A stretch of 52,940 nucleotides of DNA from Octopus bimaculoides (lineage: Eukaryota). The notes below the pieces were generated by a model. The model worked only from the letters and a program-made list of their open reading frames with translations, was not told the DNA's origin and made no database searches. Where the stretch lies: contig NC_068983.1 of the NCBI RefSeq assembly GCF_001194135.2, forward strand, positions 64,698,384-64,751,323. The letters are read 5' to 3'. The number at the start of each line of letters is the position of its first letter. Position 1 is the first letter of the stretch. The translations under genes were made by a program, and so were the position numbers. Positions 1 through 12,590 of this stretch are shown here, in pieces.

Positions 1-141
1 GTTTAAAACAATAGTTGCCCAATTGGAAGGAGGAAGTTAACGGTAGTAATCAACCCTCCCCCATTAGCAGCAGAATGGTAGAGCCGTTGGAAGACGCAAC
101 ATGATATCTTACACCGCTAAGTTTGAAAGTTTGGCATATTA

Positions 142-169
142 TTGTTGTTGTTGTTGTTGTTGTTGTTGT
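142..169. repeat. (TTG)n microsatellite
   Basis: Direct inspection; source of the poly-T ORF 50..280. Confidence 0.95.
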
Positions 170-559
170 CACCATCATCGTCACCTTCACTGTTATTGCT
201 ACTAGAACATTAATAACTTGTATAAAATGAACTTCTACATAGAACCTTCCAATATATACGGAAATGACACACACACACACCCAGCAAAACTTCCTTTCTA
301 AAAAACACTTATAGCTTTCTAGATACGGCTAATAGAGCTGACACCACAAACAACGTATGTGGTGGAATGTTTGCTTATAATAACTTGTATATGCACACAT
401 GAGAGTAAGGGGACATCCGAGTAAGACTGTGCACACGAACCCACACATATAGATGTGCATTGGAGTGCCTATAAGGACCTATCTATAATGTGTGTAGGCT
501 TTCTGGGTGCCTTGTATTTTTAAGGGTTTTTTGACATATATCTTTTTTTATATGTTTGC

Positions 560-1017
560 ATGTCCCACATGCTATACCTTCATTTATGTATTCTTTATTA
601 TTACTATTATTATTTTTTCCTGTTGTACCCTTATTTGTATTTTTATTTTTATTTTTATTTTTATTTTGATTTCAATTTTATTTTCTATTTTTATTTCTAT
701 CTTATTTTTGCTGTTGTTTTTCTTCTGGTCTCTACCACACCTCTGTTTTTACCTCTTGCTCTACATTTGTATGTAACCCTTTGTGAATCTCTGAATAGGC
801 CTAGAGGTTCGGGCATGTAACCCCATTTCAAAATGTCATCCGATAATCACTCCGGAAAGGAATATTCGGATAGAATGGAGCCTGCCAAAACTAGGCCGAA
901 ACAGCTGTAAGATTAAACTTCTGTTCATCCTCTAATTCCTTATGTACTTTGTACTTCTATATGTAAACCAAGTTGGCAAAATAACATAGTCTGCCATGGA
1001 CACCTGTGCTTTGGTTC
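560..1017 (+). mobile_element. Possible Penelope-like element terminal-repeat remnant
   Basis: T-rich stretch followed by AGGCC-GAAAC-AGCTGT-A (about 893-909), with palindromic ACAGCTGT at 901-908, resembling the 3' half of PLE-associated hammerheads. The CTGATGA core is not recognisable. Ends at an N-gap. Confidence 0.3.
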
Positions 1018-1472
1018 NNNNNNNNNNNNNNNNNNNNNNNNNNNNNNNNNNNNNNNNNNNNNNNNNNNNNNNNNNNNNNNNNNNNNNNNNNNNNNNNNNN
1101 NNNNNNNNNNNNNNNNNNNNNNNNNNNNNNNNNNNNNNNNNNNNNNNNNNNNNNNNNNNNNNNNNNNNNNNNNNNNNNNNNNNNNNNNNNNNNNNNNNNN
1201 NNNNNNNNNNNNNNNNNNNNNNNNNNNNNNNNNNNNNNNNNNNNNNNNNNNNNNNNNNNNNNNNNNNNNNNNNNNNNNNNNNNNNNNNNNNNNNNNNNNN
1301 NNNNNNNNNNNNNNNNNNNNNNNNNNNNNNNNNNNNNNNNNNNNNNNNNNNNNNNNNNNNNNNNNNNNNNNNNNNNNNNNNNNNNNNNNNNNNNNNNNNN
1401 NNNNNNNNNNNNNNNNNNNNNNNNAGATACTATCCCTTAGTGGGTTGTACCCCAACCCCTAACTCTCTCACG

Positions 1473-1496
<24 letters not shown>

Positions 1497-1510
<14 letters not shown>

Positions 1511-1760
1511 AATATATGAGTATATGCATATATATGTACATGTATGTACATACCTTCATCTACATGTACATCTAGATATATATCCGGGTACATGACGTTG
1601 CAAAAAACATCGACAAAATGATAAACAAGGTACAAAAAACACGCAGGCCACATAGAGAACATATCCTTCATCAGCTGCCATCATTAAAACACTGGCATTT
1701 CGAAGAGTTAGGGCAGGATGCATCGTTAAAATATATATACATAGCCACACATATATATTT
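1497..1760 (-). repeat. Dispersed repeat, copy A
   Basis: 1497-1655 is the diverged reverse complement of 38225-38388 (shared GTACCTTGTTTATCATTTTGTC, ACATGTAGATGAAGGTAT, GCATATACTCATATATTGTTTATATA). Confidence 0.8.
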
Positions 1761-2470
1761 ATGTAATATATGCATGTATATGCAGATATATATGTACATT
1801 TTATATATTTTATATATCGGGCATTCGTCGTGACAAGACGTAATTTTCATAGCTCCGGCCAGTCAGTAGCCAAAGAAACAGATTTCAACTCAAACCAGCA
1901 GTAACTTTCCTTGTTTTTAGTCTCAGAACTCTAGATTTCTACTATTCTACTATTTTACTATGATCAGACGATAAATTTACACAAATTTATATACAACCTG
2001 GAGAAACAAATATAAACCAAAACTAAACCCAAGATTAGTTCTAAAACTAGTTCCCTGAGCATAATTACTTTCTCTTGATTTGTATTAAACACACCGCTCA
2101 TTCTGATTTATACTAAATACACTGAACTCTCTCTCACACAAGCAGATATAGCTACGCATTTCCGAATATATCGGCACAAACTTTAAAACGGTGCATTCAC
2201 TACTATACATCAAGTCACCAATAACTAACGTATAGTTTATAATACTGTGCCACTTGTATATGGCCAATAATACTTTAAAACGCCACTGGGTAGGAAACAA
2301 AATCAGCAATGATAAACGCTTAGTACACTCACCATAATGATTGTGTAAAGGCTAATGTCTACGGTAAAATCGCTGAAAAATTAGCGTCACAATCCTTTTA
2401 CAGATCTGTAAAACAGATCGAAAACAAAGTAAAAAAAATCACAAGGTCATTTCATACTTTACTTACGCAC

Positions 2471-2778
2471 ATGGCATCACTAGAAGCTATACTTGCCAAT
2501 GGATGTAGTGCATCAACTGACCCAACTCCAACAGGTCAGGAGTCACTTCAACGACCCGCTAGCCAGCAACAAACAACATCCTCATTGATATCACTTTCTG
2601 ACCTAATTCCACCCAATACTACCTTGGCAAGCCGGGGCTCACTACCACAACAACAACAGCTTGCTATTGCTACTACAGTGGAAGCACCTTGTTTCGCACC
2701 ACTATCTGATCTGATTCCACCCAGGCCTACTGTTGCAAATCAAATTTCATTGCCACCAACACCACCACCACCACCACC

Positions 2779-2831
<53 letters not shown>

Positions 2832-3160
2832 AGGACCACTGATAAACAAGCCTGCCAGTACAGAAAAAAACACTACTATGCCCACTTCAAAAAACCCTGT
2901 CGTTACCATTGTCAAGGTAACTGTAGATTTAGCGGCACCATTAAGGGACGCTGTGCTTTTTTGCATCCTAACTTATACTGTAGACTTGGTAAGGGCACCT
3001 GTCTATATGGCATAACGGGAAAAAACTGCCCTCACCTCAACCCCAAATACTGTCCTATATACAGAGTCCATGGACTGATCCTAAATATGGATGCACAAGT
3101 GTGGAAATGAACGAGTTTCCTGCTAAAAAAATACACAAGTGCCTACGTTGAGACTACACA
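2471..3160 (+). pseudogene. Frameshifted ORF with tandem CCCH-type zinc fingers; probable ORF1 of a CR1/L2-group LINE
   Basis: Pro/Gln/Ser-rich N-terminus with a repeated LSDLIPP (2471-2833). After the (CCA)n(CAA)n tract, another frame reads CRYHCQGNCRFSGTIKGRCAFLHP and CRLGKGTCLYGITGKNCPHLNPKYC, then DPKYGC after a further shift. LINE ORF1 assignment is inferred from resemblance to invertebrate CR1-type ORF1. Confidence 0.5.
2753..2830. repeat. Compound (CCA)n(CAA)n microsatellite inside the CCCH ORF
   Basis: Direct inspection. Confidence 0.95.
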
Positions 3161-5395
3161 AATGCATAGTAAGGACTAAATAAACGGATTGAGAAATAAA
3201 TATGCAAGAAAGAGGAGCAAACGACTGGAATAGAAACAAAGAAATGTGGCAAAGATAGAGAAACAAGTGTAAATTATATATTCTAAAAAGTAGAAATTCT
3301 AGAACACTAATAAGTTGCAATGACGTCACACTACATATTTAATAACTGACAAAAAAACCCCGGGCACAGTTAGAGTGGAATAAGAGTATTTGCGTGTTAA
3401 CAACGATCACAGGAATAAAAACCGAGAGAGATAGCTTTTTGCATTCAGTTTTGATCAACCGGGTTATGCAGTCAAGTATAATATAATTCAATAGAAAGAA
3501 TGCGGGCTCACTAAATCATGAAGAAGGAATCATAATCATATAGAGAGAATATTTGAATATCGCTCACAATTTACTGAAACTGCAGAATTACAGAACTAGA
3601 AAACGCAATGTATGCAGAAAATTTCAAGAAGTATAAAAACCACCATATCCATGAGTTGAAGACAAAAGAGAAACTAAATAGCACCTAGAATTATTCTCGA
3701 AAATGACCGCCGGGAGAAACCTTTTAGTGATTGTTTGTGCTGCTACATAAATATTACTCAAGTAATAACTTATCTTCTTAGAAACGAAGTCATATTTAGG
3801 AATACAATCATGATATAGCGCTTGTTTTGTCTGCATAAAGGAGTGGACAATTAATCCTAAAATGCCTTTGGTCATAGGACTGGCCAATCAGGGCAATAAC
3901 AATAACATGTAAGTAAAAGCTGATAACGATAAGTATATGACACATTATATAGGTTTGAGACATTTTGGATTTTACACATACATTCAACAATATTTCACAC
4001 ATTCATCAATATTTCACACACATACAAACGGCAAATAGTCAGAAAAACGTGTATATGTATTATGTACCAGTAGGCTCATGAACACATGAGTGTAACTAAT
4101 CTGAGGATCGTGAAAGTTGAGAAGAGTAAAATGTACATGCAGGAAATATTTTAGCTTATGCTGAATATTGGCAAGTTAAGGAATGCTAGCGATTACTCAT
4201 GTTACAAGAAAGCACTGAGAAATCTTTTTCAATCACATACTATTATCTTAATAAATATAGGATACATTGCTTAACGCAACAGATTTTAAACTACCGCTGA
4301 AAATAAGATGGAATTTACAAAGCTAAAACTCAATAGCAGTACATAACCACAGAAGACCTGGTGTTAAAAACAGGTGTGAAATATTTATTTCCATTTTTAA
4401 ATAAGTTTAGATCTTATACGATACTAAATCATAGAATGCTAAAACAACAAAACAGCTAATTTAAATTATTTATCTTTAAGACGACAGGCGTTTACATAGA
4501 TTTTTTGTAACTGTAAAATTTTTGAAGTGTTATCCAAAAAAACGAGTCAATTCTCGCTGCGGAAGAATTGATTAGAATATAATCCAAATGGAGCAGAAGG
4601 CCATTCATGAGTGTACATATAACAAAAGCAAAACAGCAATTGATTCTCTTCATTTATTCATGATGTAACAAAAGATGAATGAAAATAGAGCGTGTATTGT
4701 TGCTGTTATTCTTTACTTGTAAGTCTTTATTAATTTGTTTGCTTTTTATACTTTTTTTTTTGCAATGCTGTATCGAAGCACACATTCAGATAGACTGAAA
4801 TTTAAGCAGTACTTTAATCTGATTAGCGAATTAAATCCAACAATTTTTTATCTCTTAGCTCTAGTGACATTATCATATACGCTTAAGTGTACAAACACAT
4901 ATTACGCACATATGCACTAATTACATATGCATATATATTTGACACATACGCACACACGTATATATATGAGCATGTCAGTGTATGGCGAATAATTGTATAA
5001 TTAAATATCACGAGAGACAATGTAGAGTAATCAACCCAAAATGACTAGGCTATTGAAGGCAACTGAAAGCGTGCAACGTATTTGTACTTCCATCTGCTCC
5101 ACGGAAGAAAATAAATACTAGTCAGTTGCAGATGCGAAACTTTTATTCTAAAAACATGTATTTCTAAACGTGAGCACGCACACGCACACGCACACATTTA
5201 CACATATTTATATATAATTCGTTATTTGGAATTAGGATTCGAAGTAAATATTTAGCTCTACACAAGATCGAAGGATGTCTGTGAACCCTGAAGACGTGAC
5301 AAATGTTTTAATATTGTACCAAGGAAATCCTTTGAATTTCTGAAGTCATTCCGAAAGCTTATTCTTACTTGCGAGAACTATATATTGTTGACAGG

Positions 5396-5430
<35 letters not shown>

Positions 5431-6271
5431 ANNNNNNNNNNNNNNNNNNNNNNNNNNNNNNNNNNNNNNNNNNNNNNNNNNNNNNNNNNNNNNNNNNNNN
5501 NNNNNNNNNNNNNNNNNNNNNNNNNNNNNNNNNNNNNNNNNNNNNNNNNNNNNNNNNNNNNNNNNNNNNNNNNNNNNNNNNNNNNNNNNNNNNNNNNNNN
5601 NNNNNNNNNNNNNNNNNNNNNNNNNNNNNNNNNNNNNNNNNNNNNNNNNNNNNNNNNNNNNNNNNNNNNNNNNNNNNNNNNNNNNNNNNNNNNNNNNNNN
5701 NNNNNNNNNNNNNNNNNNNNNNNNNNNNNNNNNNNNNNNNNNNNNNNNNNNNNNNNNNNNNNNNNNNNNNNNNNNNNNNNNNNNNNNNNNNNNNNNNNNN
5801 NNNNNNNNNNNNNNNNNNNNNNNNNNNNNNNNNNNNNNNNNNNNNNNNNNNNNNNNNNNNNNNNNNNNNNNNNNNNNNNNNNNNNNNNNNNNNNNNNNNN
5901 NNNNNNNNNNNNNNNNNNNNNNNNNNNNNNNNNNNNNNNNNNNNNNNNNNNNNNNNNNNNNNNNNNNNNNNNNNNNNNNNNNNNNNNNNNNNNNNNNNNN
6001 NNNNNNNNNNNNNNNNNNNNNNNNNNNNNNNNNNNNNNNNNNNNNNNNNNNNNNNNNNNNNNNNNNNNNNNNNNNNNNNNNNNNNNNNNNNNNNNNNNNN
6101 NNNNNNNNNNNNNNNNNNNNNNNNNNNNNNNNNNNNNNNNTGCGAGGGTATTGGTGTGGTGTGATGTGAGGGTGTTGGGAGGTGGGGAAGGCATGGGTGG
6201 AGTGTGGGTTAGGCTGAGGGTGGGGTAGAGGTAGGCGTCTGTGGGTAGGGTGGGGTATGTGGGTAGGGGGT

Positions 6272-6298
6272 GGGTTAGGGTTAGGGTTAGGGTTAGGG
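6272..6298 (+). repeat. Interstitial telomere-type (TTAGGG)4 at the end of a G-rich degenerate tract (6141-6300)
   Basis: GGG TTAGGG TTAGGG TTAGGG TTAGGG read directly. Confidence 0.85.
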
Positions 6299-6851
6299 TA
6301 TAAGAATTAAATAAAAAGGAACAAACGGAAAATATGACAAGCCTATATATATAATTCAAGACAACGTGTAGTAAATAAACAAACGAACATACACTAAATA
6401 CACATTGCGAGCATAAAACACAGGAGGTCACCAATTCTTCATCAGTTATCGGTCAGAGAGTTAAATGCAATTTCAGCCATTATCGATAATATTGATTTTA
6501 TCCTGGAGGCTCCGACGAGAAATTTGCCGGGAATGAGACCAAAACATAACAAAACAAAAACGGGATCGAAACGAGACCGTTAGTGGACGGACGAGGGACA
6601 AAACAATAAACAGAATAAATGATTAGGGTCACACAAAGACAACAATTAACAATGATAATAACTATACAACAAAAAGACTCGGGGCTGCAAGACAATATTG
6701 CTTACGTGAAGGAGAAATGAAACCTGTCCTAAAGAACTATAGACACGGAAAGGATAAAGCGATGAGCTCAGAAAATCTTGTCCAGTGTAGTGGAAGATAA
6801 CACGGAAGAGAATGACACCGCCTTAGGACGTTAAAGGTCATGTGATAGTGG

Positions 6852-6855
<4 letters not shown>

Positions 6856-6890
<35 letters not shown>

Positions 6891-6903
6891 NNNNNNNNNN
6901 AGA

Positions 6904-6943
<40 letters not shown>
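6856..6943. repeat. (AG)n microsatellite with a 10-N gap
   Basis: Direct inspection. Confidence 0.95.
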
Positions 6944-6947
<4 letters not shown>

Positions 6948-7293
6948 AAATTAAGCGAAGCAAAGTAAAGGAAAGATTCAGAGGTGTACAAAAATATTCT
7001 AAGAATATTTCAGCAAGTGGTTAGAAAATGAATGAGTGCGTGCTTTACATAAATAATATTTTCATGACTAAGTAAAATTACAACAAACGAAAAATATGAC
7101 ATACTTATATACATAATGAAAAAAACAAAACACGGGTAGTAAATAAAAAAAAAATCGTAGTAACACCGTCCTAATTAGGACTGCCACTTTACGTTGGCAA
7201 ATAGATTTCACTCTATAGAATAGATAGTTTCTTAAATAAGAATAAAAGACATCTTATCCACAAATTAATAGATACCGGATCTCTTCTTAAAAT

Positions 7294-7346
<53 letters not shown>

Positions 7347-7369
7347 ATATAGTTGAAATTTACAGAAAA

Positions 7370-7540
7370 GCAAAACACGAAGACATGTGTATAAACAGCT
7401 AGCAGGTGTATTAACCTGACGCTCGGGAAGGTGATAATATCTCTTACGTTTCGAGCGTACGCTCTTCAAGAAAAGAACGCGAGGAAATAAACAGAGAGAG
7501 AATAAAAAAAAACTTTTGGAGTTAGCGGTCAATCAATGCG
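7370..7540 (-). mobile_element. Penelope-like terminal-repeat remnant with a decayed hammerhead-like motif
   Basis: Minus strand TTCTTGAA-GAGCG-TA-CGCTC-GAAACGTA (7445-7472). The stem-loop plus GAAACGT arrangement is typical of PLE ends. Confidence 0.5.
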
Positions 7541-7573
7541 ACTGACTGGGTTTATTTATATGTATATATATAT

Positions 7574-8677
7574 TGTTACGAACGCCCGCGCGGAGCACCT
7601 CAACGAAGAGAAAACTCGCGCGCGCGAACGTCGACGCTCAGTGAGTCAGGATGTTCGCCACGACTAAGCCCAGCCGGAGCACTTAACGATGACAACAGAA
7701 AGGAAGAAATAACACAGACCATAAGTTGCGTAGTCAAACTAACTTTTTTTTTACATCACAATACAAAACATCATTGCATAGTACTTGCTTCTGAAATAAC
7801 ACATGTACCAAAAGTTTCCAAGCATTTAACATTGGGTTTTCAATCATTATATAATCAAAGTTTACCATCAAAGTTCGTGTATCGAGAGTCAATTAAAAAG
7901 TTCTTTTACTTCTTTGTTTATCTTCTCTTTGAACAACATGTAACAACAAAGTTCTCTCTTTTCTTTTCTGCCAGTTAACATCTCAGTTAACAAAAGTTCT
8001 TCACAAAAATATATAACAACGCAAGTACACTTTTCTTTAAAGAAATGCAAACAAACCTTCACCGCAAGAATTTCCTTTCCTTCAAATCTCCCACCACTTC
8101 GATAAGCATTGACCAACGCAGCCTACTACAATCTGCTCCTCACATTTGCCTGCCACCGCAGTCCTTTCTCTCTCATTGACTATCCATTTCGACCATTGGT
8201 GCCTTCTGTCAATAGCCTCTTTCTCTCAGTCTCTTTCTGTCAGACTTATCACCGACCGCTCTGCTCATCTTGCTTCTCTTCACTCACTGCAGGCTGTCAC
8301 ACACTCGTTCGTCACTGGCTGATCGCTTGTACATCGACTGCTCTGTCCATCTCACTTCTCTACTGGCTGCTGGCCTTCACACCGAACTCGCGTTCTTCAT
8401 CTACTAACTTTGTTTATACCAACTGCTGTTCCCAAATCTATGCTCTAGTATTTATGACAGCTACCATAGCCCACAGTGCTACATTACCCCCTCCAAAGCC
8501 GGGTCAGTTTAGTACAGCACTTACTTGTTTTTCTAAACTTTCGATGACCGGAAAGGGTCAGAGATCACACTCCTACGCTAAAAATAGCCGTGCTTGTTGA
8601 CAGGACAAAGGAAATACCAATGCCCTGACCGACTAGAAAACGGTTTCAAACCCAGCTCGTGGCATAGGGACATAACG
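7574..8677. mobile_element. Possible solo LTR (about 1.1 kb)
   Basis: Begins TGTTACG and ends CATAACG (near-inverted termini, the terminal CA apparently mutated). Non-coding, CpG-rich left end, composition distinct from the flanks. TSD imperfect (ATAT/TTAT). Confidence 0.4.
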
Positions 8678-8829
8678 TTATTTTGTTTGTTTATCGGCGT
8701 CCGTATCAATATATATATGTGTGCGTGTGTGCGTGCGTGCATGTGTGTGTGTATTTTATTTTTGAATGATTATACATCTTCCACTTAGAAGGGAGCCTGT
8801 ATCCACCAAAGGTATGGAGCTCCATCTTT

Positions 8830-10250
8830 GAGATAAAGTTAACGCAGACAAATTCACATTGCATATTTTTACTATCCTATTAACAGATTGCACTTGTAAT
8901 GTATGTGTCAACCAGTCACTTTCTCTTTCTGAAAATCTCAGTTTATCCAGATTCCCCTTTAAGCATTTACTAACCAAACCTGGTGCTCCAATCATTATAG
9001 GTATGAATATGAATTCATAGTCTGAATATAGAAGATGGAGGTTTCGAAGCAGTTGCCCATAGATATCCTCTTTTTCTTTAATTTTCAAAGAGATGTTTCT
9101 ATCTGCAGGGTAGCTGACCTCAATGATGGTACACACCTTTGCCCATCTGTCCCAAACGTCAATATCAAACCTGTTATGCTTACATTTGACACAAGGTTGA
9201 TGGGAATATTCCACTAGTATTACTTGAGCTGGTGTTTACGAATGTATTCCATAACAGAGGGATTTCTTAAGCTTATTTCCGGACAATCATTTTGCGGATG
9301 ACATTATATATTGCTTTAACAACAACATCGCGCTGCATAGAGAGGTAGTACCGTGACGACATTTTATGGCAACTGCTAATCACATGCGTGATGTATTCCA
9401 CAGGAGCATGACAGTCTACACATGCAGTTGCACCTAGGGATTACAAAGAGCGTCACTGTCTCTCTAGTTCACTGGGTAGTTTGAGGCAATCTCCTGTTCC
9501 TGGATTGCAAACGCATAGCCTTCAAAGTGTGACGAGATGTAGTGGTCTTTTGTCCAAGAGAAGCTGTGCTTCGTGTCAATTTCACTGCCTTCTTAAACAT
9601 TCCACGCAACATATTCATTCGTAGTCTTTTTGTGTTTTGCATGCTGAGTGCTTCCCATCCAGGTCTTCTCTGAGATAAGAGAGCCCAGCTGTTTTGTGGC
9701 TGTATAGGAGATCATCAGGAAGAGAGTGTTTCTTGAGGAGTTCACTGTCAATACGTACAATGTTGCTCACTTCACTTTTTAAGCGCCGTATTTACATATT
9801 CATTTTTGCTACTGTTGTTTAGTCGAAGCTGGATGAGTGATACCATACGGCATTCGAAGTCCGACTGATTTGATCCCAGGCCTGTAAGAGGAGAGTTCTG
9901 ACTGCCATATTTTTACTGAATCTGGTGTAACATTCTTGGATTCTGTTCTCAGTTGTAAGGGTAAGAATTGTTGTTCATGTCTTTGTGAGTCTCTCTATAG
10001 CAGCAATTAATGTAGTAGGTACTCTTGCCAGATGTAGGCACTTCAACAGCGACGCATGAGGTCTAGAGTCAAATGCCTTCGTATATAGTCAACCCATACT
10101 TTCATAAGGTTTCTACGTTGTTTTCTTAGTAGAGACAGTGCAGCTCTGTTTATTAAAAGTTGTTCAGCACATTTCCACACACCCTTCTTTCCATCAGCCT
10201 ATTCACCGGTCACAATGTTGTTCGACGCACAATGGTCCTGGATGAAATTT
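8830..10250 (-). mobile_element. Degenerate R4/Dong-clade non-LTR retrotransposon (RT fragment plus restriction-like endonuclease)
   Basis: Minus-strand pieces: DHCASNNIVTGE*ADGKKGVWKCAEQLLINRAAL...RRNLMKVWVDY/(frameshift)KAFDS (RT N-terminal motifs); SHFEGYAFAIQEQEIA (9485-9532); KHNRFDIDVWDRWAKVCTIIEVSYPAD...KEKEDIYGQL...FIPIMIGAPG (RLE, with PD changed to FD). Stops and frameshifts present; the RT core appears deleted. Confidence 0.85.
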
Positions 10251-11549
10251 ATGTATGTGTATATGTATGTATTCAAACTGAAGTAGAGTATGTTCGCCCA
10301 AACTTCATCATCTGAAAGGAAATATATGCTATTTCATTTCGTTTAGTATTAATTCAAATGTTACCGACACAGATAATGACAACATATGTATTCTGAGTAA
10401 TCCTGTCATAAACTATGTAGCACATGATTTGCGTTACCAAAATTCTTCTTATTACCGAGTCCCAACAACCAAAATCTTATGAAGATCGCGTTGTGACAAC
10501 GATTGACGACACATTTGCAGATACTTGTTACCTGGAGAATGCAGTGCCCACAATCAGATGTAGCCCCAGCTCTTAATTCAGCATGTATCACATAGTAAAA
10601 CCTCTGTATCATTTTCCCAGTAAGTTATTAATGGATCATTACGATATTTTATCGATAAAAGGAATAATGACCGCGGACACATTTATTGAAAGCGAACAAA
10701 TAACAGACTGTATGGCTATTGACCGAGGCGTAGGACCAATGTGCTCTGCCAGAAACCACAAGTGAATAAAATGAGGTGGAATACAGAAACAAGGAACAAA
10801 CTGAGATGGGTAGGAAACAAATAACCACATTCATTTCGGGAGTGTTGTCATAGGCAAGGCTAAATAACAACAAAGGCGCAGCAGTGTTGGGCGGTATTCA
10901 TGCACAATTGTAAAGAACTAAAAGAAAAGGAATGTAACTTGAGGTGTAGATGTACATAAATAAGTGTCAGTGTATGAGAAAGGAAGCATATTGTTGTACA
11001 TTACATAGCACTCGTAGCAGTAGAACAAATATATGAGCAAAGTTCGACCGTAGGTCGGAAAATAGAAGCAATGCATAAAATAAACGGCGCTTGGGAATCT
11101 TCAATGGACAAACGGACGCACACACTATATAAAATATGGAACATGCAAGTTTTCATTGATCACACAAATAGCTCTAATGGGATCGGGCACTTAGTTCGTT
11201 AAATAAAGATTGAATGAAACGGAAACACGTAAGCAAAGACAAATCACTGCAAGATCCAAGGCACAAGGACTATGCCAGCAATACTGTGCAATTTCAAATT
11301 ACAATTAAATTACCAAATCTTGTGTTAATCTTACAAACATACTAAGCCTTCGCGGTCAGTAAAATCAGAACTACTACCCATTTAAGACATCGCATTGTAT
11401 CCAATAACAGGGGTTTGTACTGTCTGTGAAGTCACAACAAGGACCTAGACTGACAGTACCAGTTGAACAATGTGTTCGATGAACTCGACACATCACCTCC
11501 CTCAAAATTGCTGCCCTTGTGGCAAACATTTGAAACTATTTTTATCATT

Positions 11550-12300
11550 ATTATCTTTTACTTTTAATCTGCATGCTTGTTACAGTTACTTGCCAAGTCA
11601 CACCCAGTATTCTGGGGCGAGTGAAGGATAAGGGATGCTACATTATTACTGGAAGCTTGGGGAACGGAAGTAGTGAAATATCTTCATGCAATACAACACA
11701 GACATTTAAATAGGTAGGGCTTTTCTAAGGACGTGGGTAGTATTTGTCAGTACAATGTTTTGTATTTCTCTGAGACATGGTTCTTCCGAGATCATATCTA
11801 AATGTTTCTGACATCTATTTTTATCATACCTAGGGCACCTAAACTAACAGCAACAGTTCTTGTTTTAAGATGCCACCATTTCTGTATTTAAATTTCCAGG
11901 TCCTTATATTTACTTGCATTGTCAAATTCCATTACAGATATATATTTTATCAGGAGGAAGACTTACATCTATTAGGCTATAAATATGTTCTTCCTTGCCT
12001 TTAATGATTATGTCTAGTCGATTAACGCGTTCTATCAGAGTTGGCTGGAAAATCTCAGAGGATAGTGAGATTTTTACATTCGGCGACTGGCTGAGGATGA
12101 TGATCACACCAGTAAGTAGGAGTGCTGCTTTTGTACAGTTTACACATTTTCCAATGTAAATACTGTCCTACTCGATCGTGGTGATTTTTGTATACGTTTA
12201 GTGTCAGCACAGGACATCCCAAGACGAGACGGTCTATTGTTTCATCAAATATATCGCAGAACTGTTTTAAAGAACGTTCTTTGAAGAACACTGGTGACTG
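11550..12300 (-). mobile_element. 5'-truncated R4/Dong-clade LINE (zinc-knuckle remnant, RLE and 3' UTR)
   Basis: CDIFDETIDRLVLGCPVL...HDRVGQYLHWKMCKLY...HHPQPVAECKNLTIL*DF...NRLDIIIK...LIDVSLP...SKYKDLEI...HLKTRTVAVSLGALGMIK...THVLRKALPI*, with the stop near 11707. The 3' UTR ends in a degenerate TAA-rich tract near 11540-11555. Confidence 0.9.
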
Positions 12301-12407
12301 TATGTAAGGACAATCAGCAAGACCAGAATTTCCGGTACACGAAACTAACCCCACATTTTCGATGAATACGTATTCTACGCATCTTCATGTCAGCCGGGAT
12401 CTCAACT

Positions 12408-12445
12408 ACTAACCCCAATATTCCGAGTTCGATTTCAGGCAGTGA

Positions 12446-12498
<53 letters not shown>

Positions 12499-12540
12499 GT
12501 AATAATAATAATGATAATAATAATAATAATAATAATAATG

Positions 12541-12590
<50 letters not shown>

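Noticed and set aside
1660-1710. Minus-strand GAAA...CTGATGA as a permuted hammerhead
   Set aside because: Only one hairpin lies between GAAA and CTGATGA and there is no UH cleavage site, so the topology does not fit.
3624-3887. 87-aa minus-strand ORF with protein-like composition
   Set aside because: No recognisable motif, no supporting splice structure, and a length compatible with chance.
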